NCBI GenBank assembly: GCA_017614315.1
Contig: JAGACA010000018.1
Span: 11,944 to 75,943 of the forward strand
DNA from: Clostridia bacterium
Lineage (GTDB): Bacteria; Bacillota; Clostridia; Christensenellales; CAG-138
DNA length: 64,000 bases
Reading direction: 5' to 3'
A program made the position numbers and the translations under genes. The notes under the pieces were generated by a model. It saw nothing but the letters and a program-made list of their open reading frames with translations, ran no database searches and had not been told where the DNA came from. Positions 40,212-49,266 of this stretch are shown here, piece by piece; the stretch's first letter is position 1, and every line of letters starts with the position of its first letter.

Positions 40212-41195
40212 ATGCCCGTACTGGTTAGACCGGAAAACATGGAACGTATCACGACCCCCGCGCTCGCGGAGAGGTTCATCGAGGAACAGATAGCCGACAT
40301 TCGCGCGTACGTCGGCGATAAGAAGGTGCTGCTGGCGCTGTCCGGCGGCGTCGATTCGAGCGTCGTCGCGGCTCTTCTTATAAGGGCGATCGGCAGACAG
40401 CTCGTCTGCGTGCACGTCAATCACGGCCTTTTGAGGAAGGGCGAGCCCGAGCAGGTCATCCGCGTGTTCAGGGGCGAGATGGACGCGAACCTCATTTACG
40501 TCGACGCGGTCGACAGGTTCCTGGACAAGCTCAAGGGTGTGTCCGATCCCGAGAAGAAGCGCAGGATAATCGGCGGCGAGTTCATCGAGGTCTTCGCCGA
40601 GGAGGCGAGAAAATTAGAGGGCATCGGGTTCCTCGCACAGGGCACGATCTGGCCCGACATACTGGAATCCGACGCGGGCATAAAGGCGCATCACAACGCC
40701 GGCGGCCTGCCCGAGGATCTTAAATTCAGCCTCGTCGAGCCCGTCCGCATACTCTTCAAGGACGAGGTGCGCGTCGTCGGCAAGGCGCTGGGTCTGCCCG
40801 ACGGCATGGTCTACCGTCAGCCCTTCCCCGGCCCCGGTCTCGGCGTTCGCTGCCTCGGCGCGATCACCCGCGACAGGCTCGAGGCCGTGCGCGAATCCGA
40901 CGCGATACTGCGCGAGGAGTTCGACAAAAACGGGCTCGCCGGCAAGGTGTGGCAGTATTTTACCATAATCCCCGACGTGCGTTCCGTAGGCGTCAAGGAC
41001 GGCAAACGCTCCGACGAGTGGCCCGTCATAATCCGCGCCGTCAACACGCGCGACGCCATGACCGCGACCGTCGAGGACGTGCCTTTCGCCCTCCTTTCGC
41101 ATATCACCGACCGCATCACCCACGAGGTAAAGGGCGTCAACCGCGTGCTCTACGACCTGACGCCTAAGCCCACCGGGACGATAGAATGGGAGTGA
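40212..41195 (+). CDS. guaA: GMP synthase, ATP-pyrophosphatase/dimerisation part only (no glutamine amidotransferase domain)
   Basis: PP-loop LALSGGVDSSV lies near the N-terminus, with the ...IGGEFIEVF... motif and the canonical C-terminus ...KPTGTIEWE. Only 327 aa. AAGGAGG precedes the start. Confidence 0.88.
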   Translation: MPVLVRPENMERITTPALAERFIEEQIADIRAYVGDKKVLLALSGGVDSSVVAALLIRAIGRQLVCVHVNHGLLRKGEPEQVIRVFRGEMDANLIYVDAVDRFLDKLKGVSDPEKKRRIIGGEFIEVFAEEARKLEGIGFLAQGTIWPDILESDAGIKAHHNAGGLPEDLKFSLVEPVRILFKDEVRVVGKALGLPDGMVYRQPFPGPGLGVRCLGAITRDRLEAVRESDAILREEFDKNGLAGKVWQYFTIIPDVRSVGVKDGKRSDEWPVIIRAVNTRDAMTATVEDVPFALLSHITDRITHEVKGVNRVLYDLTPKPTGTIEWE

Positions 41196-41275
41196 GCGAA
41201 CGCGCTGTCGTTCCCAGTTATGATCGCCTGCGGCGAGGGAAGAGATTAGAGTTTACAGTTTAGAGTTTACGGTTT
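41185..41275 (+). repeat. Direct repeat, copy 2
   Basis: gaatggga-tga...tatgatcgcctgcggcgagggaag...agtttagagtttacggtttt. Confidence 0.75.
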
Positions 41276-41288
41276 TGAAGCAGACGCT

Positions 41289-41316
41289 CCAACTCCTCAC
41301 TCCTAACTCCTGACTG
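41289..41316. repeat. Copy D arm of the AACTCCT-unit repeat family
   Basis: ccaactcctcactcctaactcctgactg. Confidence 0.6.
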
Positions 41317-41352
41317 AAAAAAGCCTCCGCGGATCTCCCGCGGGGGCTTTTT
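41317..41352. terminator. Bidirectional rho-independent terminator (guaA / MBL hydrolase)
   Basis: aaaaaagcctccgcgg-atct-cccgcgggggcttttt. Confidence 0.8.
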
Positions 41353-41355
41353 GAT

Positions 41356-42399
41356 TCACGGTCTGCATATCCCGCAGGGCTTATAGCCCTGCTCTATCGC
41401 TTCTTCGCGCGTGCCGTAGAATTCGATCCTGTTCCTTTCGCTCATCTTTCCGACGCTCTCGCAGTCCGGACGGTGGAATACCTTCGACCAGGCGTTCAAG
41501 ATGTAATCCGGGTCTCCGCCCGTCATCGTCCCTCCCCTGCCGGTCGTTACCGTCAGCCTTTCTCCGTCGGACGAAATCACGATATGCCCGGAGACGTCCG
41601 TCCTTAATATCTTCGCGCCGGCGGCTTTGAGCCTTTCAAGGCATCTTTCCGATGGGTGTCCGTGGTCGTTGTAAAGTCCGACCGAGATCACGGCGTATTC
41701 GGGGGAGGCTTTTTCAAGGAACTCCGCCGATGTCGAGCCGCCGCTGCCGTGGTGCGCGACCTTGAGCACGTCGCAGTCGAGGTCGGCTCCCGAATCGAGG
41801 AGCGCGGCTTCCTCCTCCGCCTCCATGTCGCCCGCGAGCAGGAACCGCGTCCCGCCGTAGGTGATCAAAAGCACGTACGAATCGTTGTTGAGGTCGCCCG
41901 TGACTGCAAGCGGCGCGAGCACATCTATCTTCGCCTCGCCCAGATAAAGCGTATCGCCCGCGGCGAGCGTTTCGACCGCGGCTCCGCGCTTTTCGGCCGT
42001 CTTTACGAACGAGGCGTAAGCCCTGATCCCCTCGTTCGGCTCGGGGCAGAACACTCTGCCGACCGTGGCGAGATTCAACGCGCCCGAAAGCCCGCCGACG
42101 TGATCCTCGTGCGGGTGGGTGCAGATAACGTAATCGAGATGCGTCACGGAATGATCGCGGAGATATGAGTAAATGAGGCTCGAATCATCCGCGTTGCCGC
42201 CGTCGACGAGCATGGCGTGACCGTCGGTCATGACGAGGCAGGCGTCCGCCTCGCCCACGTCGATGAAATGAAACTCGATCGTGCCGGCGGACTTCGGCTT
42301 GTCAGCCGGCCCGCAGGAGAGCGCGAGAACGGCAAATACGGCGGCAAAAACGGCCGCCGCCAGCGCTTTGTATGCGGTTTTGAGCTTATCTTTATTCAT
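41356..42399 (-). CDS. MBL-fold metallo-hydrolase lipoprotein (ComEC-type beta-lactamase domain) with C-terminal Ada-like Cys4 zinc module
   Basis: Lipobox LALSCG, metal site THPHEDHVGG, and C-terminal FHRPDCESV....NRIEFYGTREEAIEQGYKPCGICRP. Confidence 0.75.
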   Translation of the reverse strand: MNKDKLKTAYKALAAAVFAAVFAVLALSCGPADKPKSAGTIEFHFIDVGEADACLVMTDGHAMLVDGGNADDSSLIYSYLRDHSVTHLDYVICTHPHEDHVGGLSGALNLATVGRVFCPEPNEGIRAYASFVKTAEKRGAAVETLAAGDTLYLGEAKIDVLAPLAVTGDLNNDSYVLLITYGGTRFLLAGDMEAEEEAALLDSGADLDCDVLKVAHHGSGGSTSAEFLEKASPEYAVISVGLYNDHGHPSERCLERLKAAGAKILRTDVSGHIVISSDGERLTVTTGRGGTMTGGDPDYILNAWSKVFHRPDCESVGKMSERNRIEFYGTREEAIEQGYKPCGICRP

Positions 42400-43534
42400 T
42401 CGGTATGCCGAAGCAGCTTTCGGCGACGAGCCTTAAGCCGATCTCAAGCCCCGCTTCGAGCGAGCCGAGCTCCAGCCATTCCTCGCGGGTATGCGCGCCG
42501 CCGCCCGAGAAGAGCCCGAGCGTCACGGCGGGGATCCCGCAGGAGAGCGGGACGTTCGCGTCGGTCGACGCGGAGCAGCGCCCGAAGCATTTGCCGAGCA
42601 CGGCCTTTACCGCGCGTTCGCAGCGCGAGGCGAGCTCCTCCTGCCTGTCCGGATCGACGTCTCCGCCGCAGGGACGCTCGCCGATGAGCTCCTTTTCGAG
42701 CTCGGCGCCGTCCTCCGCCTCCTCCGCTGCGAGCTTAATAAAGCTTTCGCGCATGAACGCGAGCGCTTCCCGCGAATCCGAGCGGTATTCGTAAAGCATC
42801 CAAGCGTTCTGGGCGATGGTGTTGACCGAGGTGCCGCCCTCTATAACGCCCACGTTATACGTCGTGCGGGCGTTCCCGATCCGCGGCAGCTCCTGTTCGT
42901 AGAGCCTGCCGATCAGTTTTGAAAGGATGTGTATCGCGTTGGGCTTTCCGAACGCGCCGTAGGAGTGTCCGCCCTCCGTCTTTACCGCGACGCGCCATCT
43001 TTCGGAGCCGACCGCGCCGGTGATGACGCCGTCGCCGACGCCGCAGTCGAATGAGATGAGCTCCTTTATCCTGTGCCCGTGATCCTTTATAAGCTGCCTC
43101 GTGCCCTTTAAGTTGCCGAGTCCCTCCTCGCAGCTGTTCAAGACGAACATGACGAGGCTTTTCGGGGAGCGCAGGAGCCCGGTCTCGTTGAGGATATCTA
43201 TGATCGTGAGTATCGCCGCGACGTTCGCAGTGTCGTCGCCTACGCCGGGCGCAAAGAGCTTCCCGTCCTTTTCGTATACGGGAAGCGGCGTCGTGTCGGG
43301 AAAAACGACGTCGGTATGCGCCGAAAAGACTGTGACGTCTCCCCCGTTATCGGTGCCGATGGGAACGATGACGTTCTTCGCCCCGTCGGCATACGCGCCT
43401 ATACCGCGCTCGTTAAGATGACCGAGAATGAACGATACGCGCGCGTCCTCATTTCCGGACGGCGCGGGTATCGCGGCGAGCCTTTTAATAAGATCGAGCA
43501 TCCGGGGAAGATGCTCGTTGACTTTGCTTATCAT
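42392..43534 (-). CDS. M20 family metallopeptidase
   Basis: ...PAPSGNE..., ...FSAHTDVVF... and ...NSCEEGLGNL... motifs. 380 aa. Confidence 0.75.
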   Translation of the reverse strand: MISKVNEHLPRMLDLIKRLAAIPAPSGNEDARVSFILGHLNERGIGAYADGAKNVIVPIGTDNGGDVTVFSAHTDVVFPDTTPLPVYEKDGKLFAPGVGDDTANVAAILTIIDILNETGLLRSPKSLVMFVLNSCEEGLGNLKGTRQLIKDHGHRIKELISFDCGVGDGVITGAVGSERWRVAVKTEGGHSYGAFGKPNAIHILSKLIGRLYEQELPRIGNARTTYNVGVIEGGTSVNTIAQNAWMLYEYRSDSREALAFMRESFIKLAAEEAEDGAELEKELIGERPCGGDVDPDRQEELASRCERAVKAVLGKCFGRCSASTDANVPLSCGIPAVTLGLFSGGGAHTREEWLELGSLEAGLEIGLRLVAESCFGIPNE

Positions 43535-43538
43535 ATTA

Positions 43539-44570
43539 TCAGTTGGGAAGATCCTCGTGGGAGGCGTTGAAGCTTTCTATCTCGCGGCTCGTCCTTTCGG
43601 TGAGATCCGCGGTCTGCATGCGGTACGCCTGCTCGATGCATTTTTCGACCGCGACGTCGTTCGAGGAGCCGTGCCCCTTGACGACGATCTTTTTAAGGCC
43701 GAGGAGCACGCTCCCGCCGTAGTTGCGGTAGTCCATGAAGCGCTTTTCCTCGTCGAACATCTTTTTCATGAGGAACGCGCCGACCTTGTTGATCGTGCGG
43801 GAATAGATGTCGCGCTTGAGCTTTTTGAGCATCTCGAGGCACGCGCCCTCGGTGGACTTTACTAGCACATTGCCCGAGAAGCCGTCGCAGACGACGAGGT
43901 CGTAATCGCCGGAAAGAAGCTCGCGTGCCTCCATATTGCCGGCGAAGTTGACGCCGTCAAGCCCGCGGAAAACGGGATACGCGCTCTTTCTGAGCTCGTC
44001 GCCCTTGGTCTCCTCCACGCCGATGTTGAGGAGCGCCGCGCGAGGAGCTTCCATGCCGTAAGCGCAGTTGAGGTACAGGCTTCCCATTATCGCGAACTGG
44101 CAGAGCATCCTGACCGAGACGTCGACGTTCGCGCCGCTGTCGCAGACGCCGACTATGCCGCCCTTCATGGTGGGGAGTATCGGGCAGAACGCCGGCCTCT
44201 TGACGCCGGGTATGCGGCCGACCCTCAAGGTCGCCGCGGCGACGAGCGCGCCCGTCGAGCCGATGGTGACTATGCCGTGGACGGACTCGTCCTCGCGCAC
44301 GAGCTCGATCGCCTTCATCAGCGAGCTTTCCTTTTTCTGCTTGATGGCGACGGTCGGTACCTCGTCGCAGGAGATGACCTCCGGCGCGTGGATGATGGAA
44401 AGGCGCCCCCTGTCATAGTCCCTGCCCTCGAGCTCCTTTTTGATGAGCTCCTCGTCGCCCGTGAGCACGAGCTCGAGATCCGGTATCTCACGAAGCGCCA
44501 GGAGCGCTCCCGCTACGTTTGCCCCGGGGCTGTTGTCGCCGCCGAAGCAGTCGATGCATAGTTTGATCAT
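43539..44570 (-). CDS. plsX: Phosphate acyltransferase PlsX
   Basis: MIKLCIDCFGGDNSPG...., ...GSTGALVAA... and ...VVKGHGSSN... motifs. Confidence 0.9.
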   Translation of the reverse strand: MIKLCIDCFGGDNSPGANVAGALLALREIPDLELVLTGDEELIKKELEGRDYDRGRLSIIHAPEVISCDEVPTVAIKQKKESSLMKAIELVREDESVHGIVTIGSTGALVAAATLRVGRIPGVKRPAFCPILPTMKGGIVGVCDSGANVDVSVRMLCQFAIMGSLYLNCAYGMEAPRAALLNIGVEETKGDELRKSAYPVFRGLDGVNFAGNMEARELLSGDYDLVVCDGFSGNVLVKSTEGACLEMLKKLKRDIYSRTINKVGAFLMKKMFDEEKRFMDYRNYGGSVLLGLKKIVVKGHGSSNDVAVEKCIEQAYRMQTADLTERTSREIESFNASHEDLPN

Positions 44571-44593
44571 TGTAATGCCTTCCTGCCGATCCC

Positions 44594-45712
44594 TTACAGC
44601 GGCTTGACGAACGCCCTTCTGCGCTTGTGCTGTACGGCGACGAAGCGCTTCCACTGGTTCCGGATCAGATGATTGTCTTCAAGGTTGAGATTCGTCTCGG
44701 CGTGATCGACGCCCGGCGCCCTGAGCATGCGCTCGAGAGCGGCGGAGACGGCGACGGAAACGCCGTGGTTCGCCCATACGGGATCGATGCCGACGAGCCC
44801 CAGGTCTATGACCTTCGGGTGCTTGAGCGCGCGGAGTATCCTTACGAGCGCGGCGGGCGTGAGCCTGCCCTTTGATTTTTGCACCGCCTCGGCGATGGAC
44901 GGGAAGCACACGCCTATGCAGACGATGTTGTCGTCCTTATCGAGCACCACGCCGACGTGCTCGAGGTCGATTATCAGGCGGAAGTTGTCGATCATGAGCT
45001 TCTTCATGCCAGGCGTGAACGGTACGGTGCCGTAAAGATGCTCGTACGCTTTATCGAGGAGCTCGAACATGCCGTCCGAGTATCGGTTCAGAAAATCGTT
45101 TACGTTCTTCGCTTCGCCGACGCGCATGCCGTAACGCTTGAGGAGCTTTTCGGAGATCCTTTGAAGCGCGCCGTCGTTCTTTTCGGGCGGATAGATCTTG
45201 GATTCCGTCCAGTCGACTTCCTTCACGTAGCCGCAGTTTTCGATGAGACGCTGATAGTATTCGTAATTGTACTGTTCCTCAAACGTGGAAAGCTGGTCGA
45301 AGCCCTCGATAAGGAGCCCCTCCCTTTCGAGATCGGAGAAGCCGAGCGGCCCGCAGACGGCGTCCATGCCGTTTTCCCTCGCCCAGTCCTCGACCGCCTT
45401 GAACAGCGCGTCCGCGGCAGGCTGAGAATCGACGGAATCGAACCTCGTGAACCTGACGCGCTTTTCGCCGTTCTTCTCGTTGGCGGCCTTCTGGATGATG
45501 CCCTGTATGCGGCCGACCATCTTCCCGCCGTCGTAGGCGTTGAAGCAGACGACGTCGCAGGTGTCGTTATACACGAAGCCCTTTTTGAACATTTTCTTCT
45601 CGTCGGAATAGAGCGGCGGCACGAAATAAGGATTGCCCTCATAGAGCTTCAGTGGGTAGTCGATGAACTCCTTTTGTTCCTTCCTCGTCGTGACTTTTCT
45701 GACAGTGATCAT
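44594..45712 (-). CDS. Uncharacterised ~372-aa protein, probable acyl-CoA N-acyltransferase (GNAT-like) fold
   Basis: The start MITVRKV follows an RBS. There is no diagnostic motif beyond a GNAT-like layout. The gene sits between degV and plsX. Confidence 0.5.
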   Translation of the reverse strand: MITVRKVTTRKEQKEFIDYPLKLYEGNPYFVPPLYSDEKKMFKKGFVYNDTCDVVCFNAYDGGKMVGRIQGIIQKAANEKNGEKRVRFTRFDSVDSQPAADALFKAVEDWARENGMDAVCGPLGFSDLEREGLLIEGFDQLSTFEEQYNYEYYQRLIENCGYVKEVDWTESKIYPPEKNDGALQRISEKLLKRYGMRVGEAKNVNDFLNRYSDGMFELLDKAYEHLYGTVPFTPGMKKLMIDNFRLIIDLEHVGVVLDKDDNIVCIGVCFPSIAEAVQKSKGRLTPAALVRILRALKHPKVIDLGLVGIDPVWANHGVSVAVSAALERMLRAPGVDHAETNLNLEDNHLIRNQWKRFVAVQHKRRRAFVKPL

Positions 45713-45790
45713 ATTCTCCTCCCGAATTCGGACCCGTCGATCCCGGGATCTGTTTCCCGGAGAGGAAAGGGGCATAAATAATATTTCTTA

Positions 45791-46660
45791 TTACCTGTGC
45801 TTAGCGTGGAAGCAGACGCCCACGGTGTTCGGGCCGCAGTGACTGCCCGCGGTGGGGTTGACGGAGAGCTTTTCGATATTGAGGTCGTCGCCGTACCTTT
45901 CGCGGAGCCTCGCGACGATCTCGTCCGCGATCTCCTCGGCGTCGGTGTTGCCGACGACCACGCGGTGGGACTTGATATCCTCGTTGAGCTCGTCGACGTA
46001 GGTGAGCAGACGCTCGATCGCGTTCGCTCTGCCGCGCTCCTTGCCGACGGAGACCATCTTGCCCTCGTCGTTCATGCAGATTATGGGACGCACGCCGAGC
46101 AGGGTTCCCATCGTGGCGGCAAGACCGGAAACGCGGCCGGAATGCTTGAAGAACTTAAGGTCGTCCGCGAAGAAATAGGTGGCGAACTTGTCGACCTCGG
46201 TCTCCGCCCATTTCAAGATCTCCTCGACGCTCTTGCCGGCCTTGACCATGTCGCCTACCTCGCGCACGATAATATAGCTGACGATGGTGATACCCTTCGT
46301 GTCGATCTCGTAGAACTTCGCCGCGGGGTATTTTTCCTGAAGATCGGCGACCGCCTGATCCATGGCGTCGAAAGTCGCGGTCATCGCGCGGGAGAAATGG
46401 ACGTAGAGTATCTCGTCGCCCGCCTTGAAGTACGGTTCGAAGATGTCGTAATACTTCTCGCGGCTGATGGCGCTGGTATTGGGGAGCACGCCCTCCCTGA
46501 GCTGATCGTAAAACGCCTTGGGATCGAACACGAGGAAGTCCTCATACGGGAGGACCGTTTTGCCGTCGATGGAATAGGGCATGCTGATGAGCGAATAGCC
46601 GTATTCGGCCGCTACCTTGGGGGTAACGTCGCAGTCGGTATCAGTGAAAAGCTTTAACAT
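45791..46660 (-). CDS. DegV family fatty-acid-binding protein (FakB-type)
   Basis: MLKLFTDTDCDV...., ...TSAIS... and ...HCGPNTVGVCF... match the DegV pattern. Confidence 0.88.
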   Translation of the reverse strand: MLKLFTDTDCDVTPKVAAEYGYSLISMPYSIDGKTVLPYEDFLVFDPKAFYDQLREGVLPNTSAISREKYYDIFEPYFKAGDEILYVHFSRAMTATFDAMDQAVADLQEKYPAAKFYEIDTKGITIVSYIIVREVGDMVKAGKSVEEILKWAETEVDKFATYFFADDLKFFKHSGRVSGLAATMGTLLGVRPIICMNDEGKMVSVGKERGRANAIERLLTYVDELNEDIKSHRVVVGNTDAEEIADEIVARLRERYGDDLNIEKLSVNPTAGSHCGPNTVGVCFHAKHR

Positions 46661-46703
46661 GGTTTATACCTCTTCAAAAATGATTTCTATATAATACGGA
46701 TCA

Positions 46704-48368
46704 TTATTCCAGTATCATTATGTATTCGTAAATGGGCTGTCCTCCGTCGAGGAGTATGACCTCGGTGAGCTTATGCGCCTTCTGGAGGGCGTCCTTTATC
46801 TCCTGCGCCTCGTCGGGTCTCGATTCCTTGCCGCAGACCAGCATCAGTATGCCGAAATCGTCCGCGGAGAGTGAATCCGCGAGCTTGAGCGCCGCTTCCT
46901 TCGCGGAGGCCGCGTCGGAGAATATCGTGCCGTCGGAGAAGCCGATGTAGTCGCCCTCCTTGACCGAAACGCCGTCGCGCTCGGTATTGCGGCATGCCTT
47001 CGAGACCGTGCCCGTTACCACAGAGTGCATTATCTCGATGGATGAGTTCTCGATCTCGTCGATGTCGCCGGAGGAGGTGTCGAGGAGCGAAAGCGCGGCG
47101 TAGCACTCGCCGATCGATTTCGACGGTATGACGCGCACGCAGGCGTTCTCGTAAAGCTTCGCCGCCTGGTTCGCAGTGAGTATTATGTTGGAATTGTTGG
47201 GATAAACGAGTATATTCTCCGCGTTGATCTCGCCGAAAGCCTCAAGGAAGCTTTCCGCGGAGGGGTTCATGCTCTGCCCGCCGTCGACGACCGCGTCCGC
47301 GCCGAGATCGAGGAAGGTCTGCCTTATGCCGTCGCCCGCGGCGACCGCAACGATGCCGAACTTCTTGCGCGGCTTTTGGGGCTTTGCGGCGGATACGTAA
47401 TTGTTTCTGATCGTGGTCTCGTTATGCTGGAGCATCATGTTCTCGATCTTAAGGGACAGAAACTCGCCGTATCCGTGGCAGTGCGCGAGTATCTTTTCCG
47501 GCGCCATGGTGTGTACATGGACCTTTAATATGCTCCCGTCGCGGAAGGCCACGACCGATTCGCCGTTCGCGATTATCCAGTCGATGAGCGGCTTTTCGTC
47601 AAAGGCGGAAAGCTCGCCGACCTTCGCGGTCTGCAGTCTTAAAAGGAACTCGGTGCAGTAGCCGAACTCCAGTACGGAATCCTCGGTGAACGAATTGAGA
47701 TTGGACTTGTCGCCCTTCTTTTCGGCGTCGGCGCCGCCGTGCACGATGCTTATGCCGTTCAGAGCGTCCTGCATGCCCTCGGCGATGTAGACGAGTCCCG
47801 CTCCGCCGGAATCGACGACGCCCGCTTCCTTCAAAACGGCAAGCAGCGTCGGAGTGCGGTCGAGAGAAGCGCGGAGCTCGTCGAGGAGATCTTCAAAATA
47901 CGCCTGAAAATCCGTGCCCTCATGTATGCGGGAATTGGCATAGCGTACCGCGTCGGAATAGACTGTGAGTATGGTGCCCTCGACGGGGGTCTGTACTGCG
48001 GAATAGGATTCGGCTACGCCCCTTTCCATCGCCTTGGCGAAGGTGCGTACGTCGGCTGACTCTACTCCCTCGAAGCCCTGCGAGATGCCGGCGAATATCC
48101 TCGACAGGATAACGCCCGAATTGCCCCTCGCGCCGAGCAGCATACCGCGCGCGATCTGCTTGCTCGTAAGGCCGAGAGCGTCGTAGGCTCCGTCCGCTAC
48201 CGCCGAATATCCCGAATCTATCGTCATGTACATGTTGTCGCCCGTATCCCCGTCGGGAATGGGAAATACGTTGAGCTCGTTGACGATGACGCGGTTATTG
48301 TTCAGCCTTGCGGCTCCCCCTTCGACCATGTGGGCGAAGAGCGGCCCGTTCAACGTTTTTGTTTCCAT
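46704..48368 (-). CDS. yloV: DAK2-domain fusion protein YloV (fatty acid kinase FakA-type)
   Basis: N-terminal DhaL motif ...PDGDTGDNM... and ...GARGNSGVILS... 554 aa. Confidence 0.88.
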   Translation of the reverse strand: METKTLNGPLFAHMVEGGAARLNNNRVIVNELNVFPIPDGDTGDNMYMTIDSGYSAVADGAYDALGLTSKQIARGMLLGARGNSGVILSRIFAGISQGFEGVESADVRTFAKAMERGVAESYSAVQTPVEGTILTVYSDAVRYANSRIHEGTDFQAYFEDLLDELRASLDRTPTLLAVLKEAGVVDSGGAGLVYIAEGMQDALNGISIVHGGADAEKKGDKSNLNSFTEDSVLEFGYCTEFLLRLQTAKVGELSAFDEKPLIDWIIANGESVVAFRDGSILKVHVHTMAPEKILAHCHGYGEFLSLKIENMMLQHNETTIRNNYVSAAKPQKPRKKFGIVAVAAGDGIRQTFLDLGADAVVDGGQSMNPSAESFLEAFGEINAENILVYPNNSNIILTANQAAKLYENACVRVIPSKSIGECYAALSLLDTSSGDIDEIENSSIEIMHSVVTGTVSKACRNTERDGVSVKEGDYIGFSDGTIFSDAASAKEAALKLADSLSADDFGILMLVCGKESRPDEAQEIKDALQKAHKLTEVILLDGGQPIYEYIMILE

Positions 48369-48476
48369 ATCGTTCCTTCCGTCAACGCCGGATCGAATCC
48401 GACGTTAATCAATATTGCATACATAGTTATTATATAAGAAGCAACGATATATTTCAACAGTTTACGACCTGTTTCG

Positions 48477-49187
48477 TCATAAAATTTGTTCGACCAAAAA
48501 TCTCCTGCCGTCCTTCGACACGATGACTCTGCCCCTTGACAGCGCGCCGGCTCTTTTCATGTCGACAGGCACCGCGATATAGCTTTTCTTCACGCCGCCT
48601 ACGTTTTTTTCGCCGAAAAGCCTGTGATCGCCGTCCTTTTTTCTCCATTCCGTTCCCGGGAACGAGCGCGGGAACGGGTTCGGGACGGGCGTTCCCCCGA
48701 CCTCTTCCGGCATGGGAACTGGCGCGTTATTCCCGAGCGCGGAGAAAAGCAGCTCCGCCCGGCGGAGTATCCCCTCGGTAACTGCGGCTGTCGGCGTTCC
48801 CGCGCGCGGAGCCTTCTTCGCGGGCGATACCGCTGAAGGTTTTTTCGGCGGTTCGGGCTTTTTTTCGGGCTCCTCCGCAGCCGTTATCCTGATCGCGTCG
48901 AGTATCCTTCCCCTGTTCGCCGCGCACTCGCCCGAAAAGCCCGCGGCGACGATCCGCCCGTCTTTTACCAGCGCGAGCGCGCATACGTCCGTTTCGGGGA
49001 TGAGTATGGTCTCCCCTGTGATATCCGTCCTTCCCACGCCTCCGTCCCAAGCGTAAAAGAGGCTCGTTTCCGCGGGCAGCCCGCGGACGGACAGCGTGAC
49101 GGCGGCGCCCTCGTCCGAGCACGATACGACCGCGCTGCCCCTTACGCTCCCGTTGAGCGTCATTCGTCTTTTTACGTATCTTTCCAT
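48477..49187 (-). CDS. Hypothetical protein with central Pro/Lys/Ala-rich linker
   Basis: The start is uncertain: TTG at 49244, ATG at 49187 or ATG at 49163. No recognisable domain. Confidence 0.45.
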   Translation of the reverse strand: MERYVKRRMTLNGSVRGSAVVSCSDEGAAVTLSVRGLPAETSLFYAWDGGVGRTDITGETILIPETDVCALALVKDGRIVAAGFSGECAANRGRILDAIRITAAEEPEKKPEPPKKPSAVSPAKKAPRAGTPTAAVTEGILRRAELLFSALGNNAPVPMPEEVGGTPVPNPFPRSFPGTEWRKKDGDHRLFGEKNVGGVKKSYIAVPVDMKRAGALSRGRVIVSKDGRRFLVEQIL

Positions 49188-49266
49188 ATTAGATAATATG
49201 TCGGGGCTCTTTATTTTTTCCGCAGAATCTGTTATACTTTGCAAAACGGAAAAAGGAGCTTTTCAC

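Noticed and set aside
40161-41280. gtttagagtttacagttt tandem units as a possible CRISPR array
   Set aside because: There are only two or three short (~9-10 nt) degenerate units per site, with no spacers of regular length and no cas genes. They belong to the palindromic repeat family instead.
45797-46657. 286-aa + ORF
   Set aside because: It lies antisense to the clear DegV gene.
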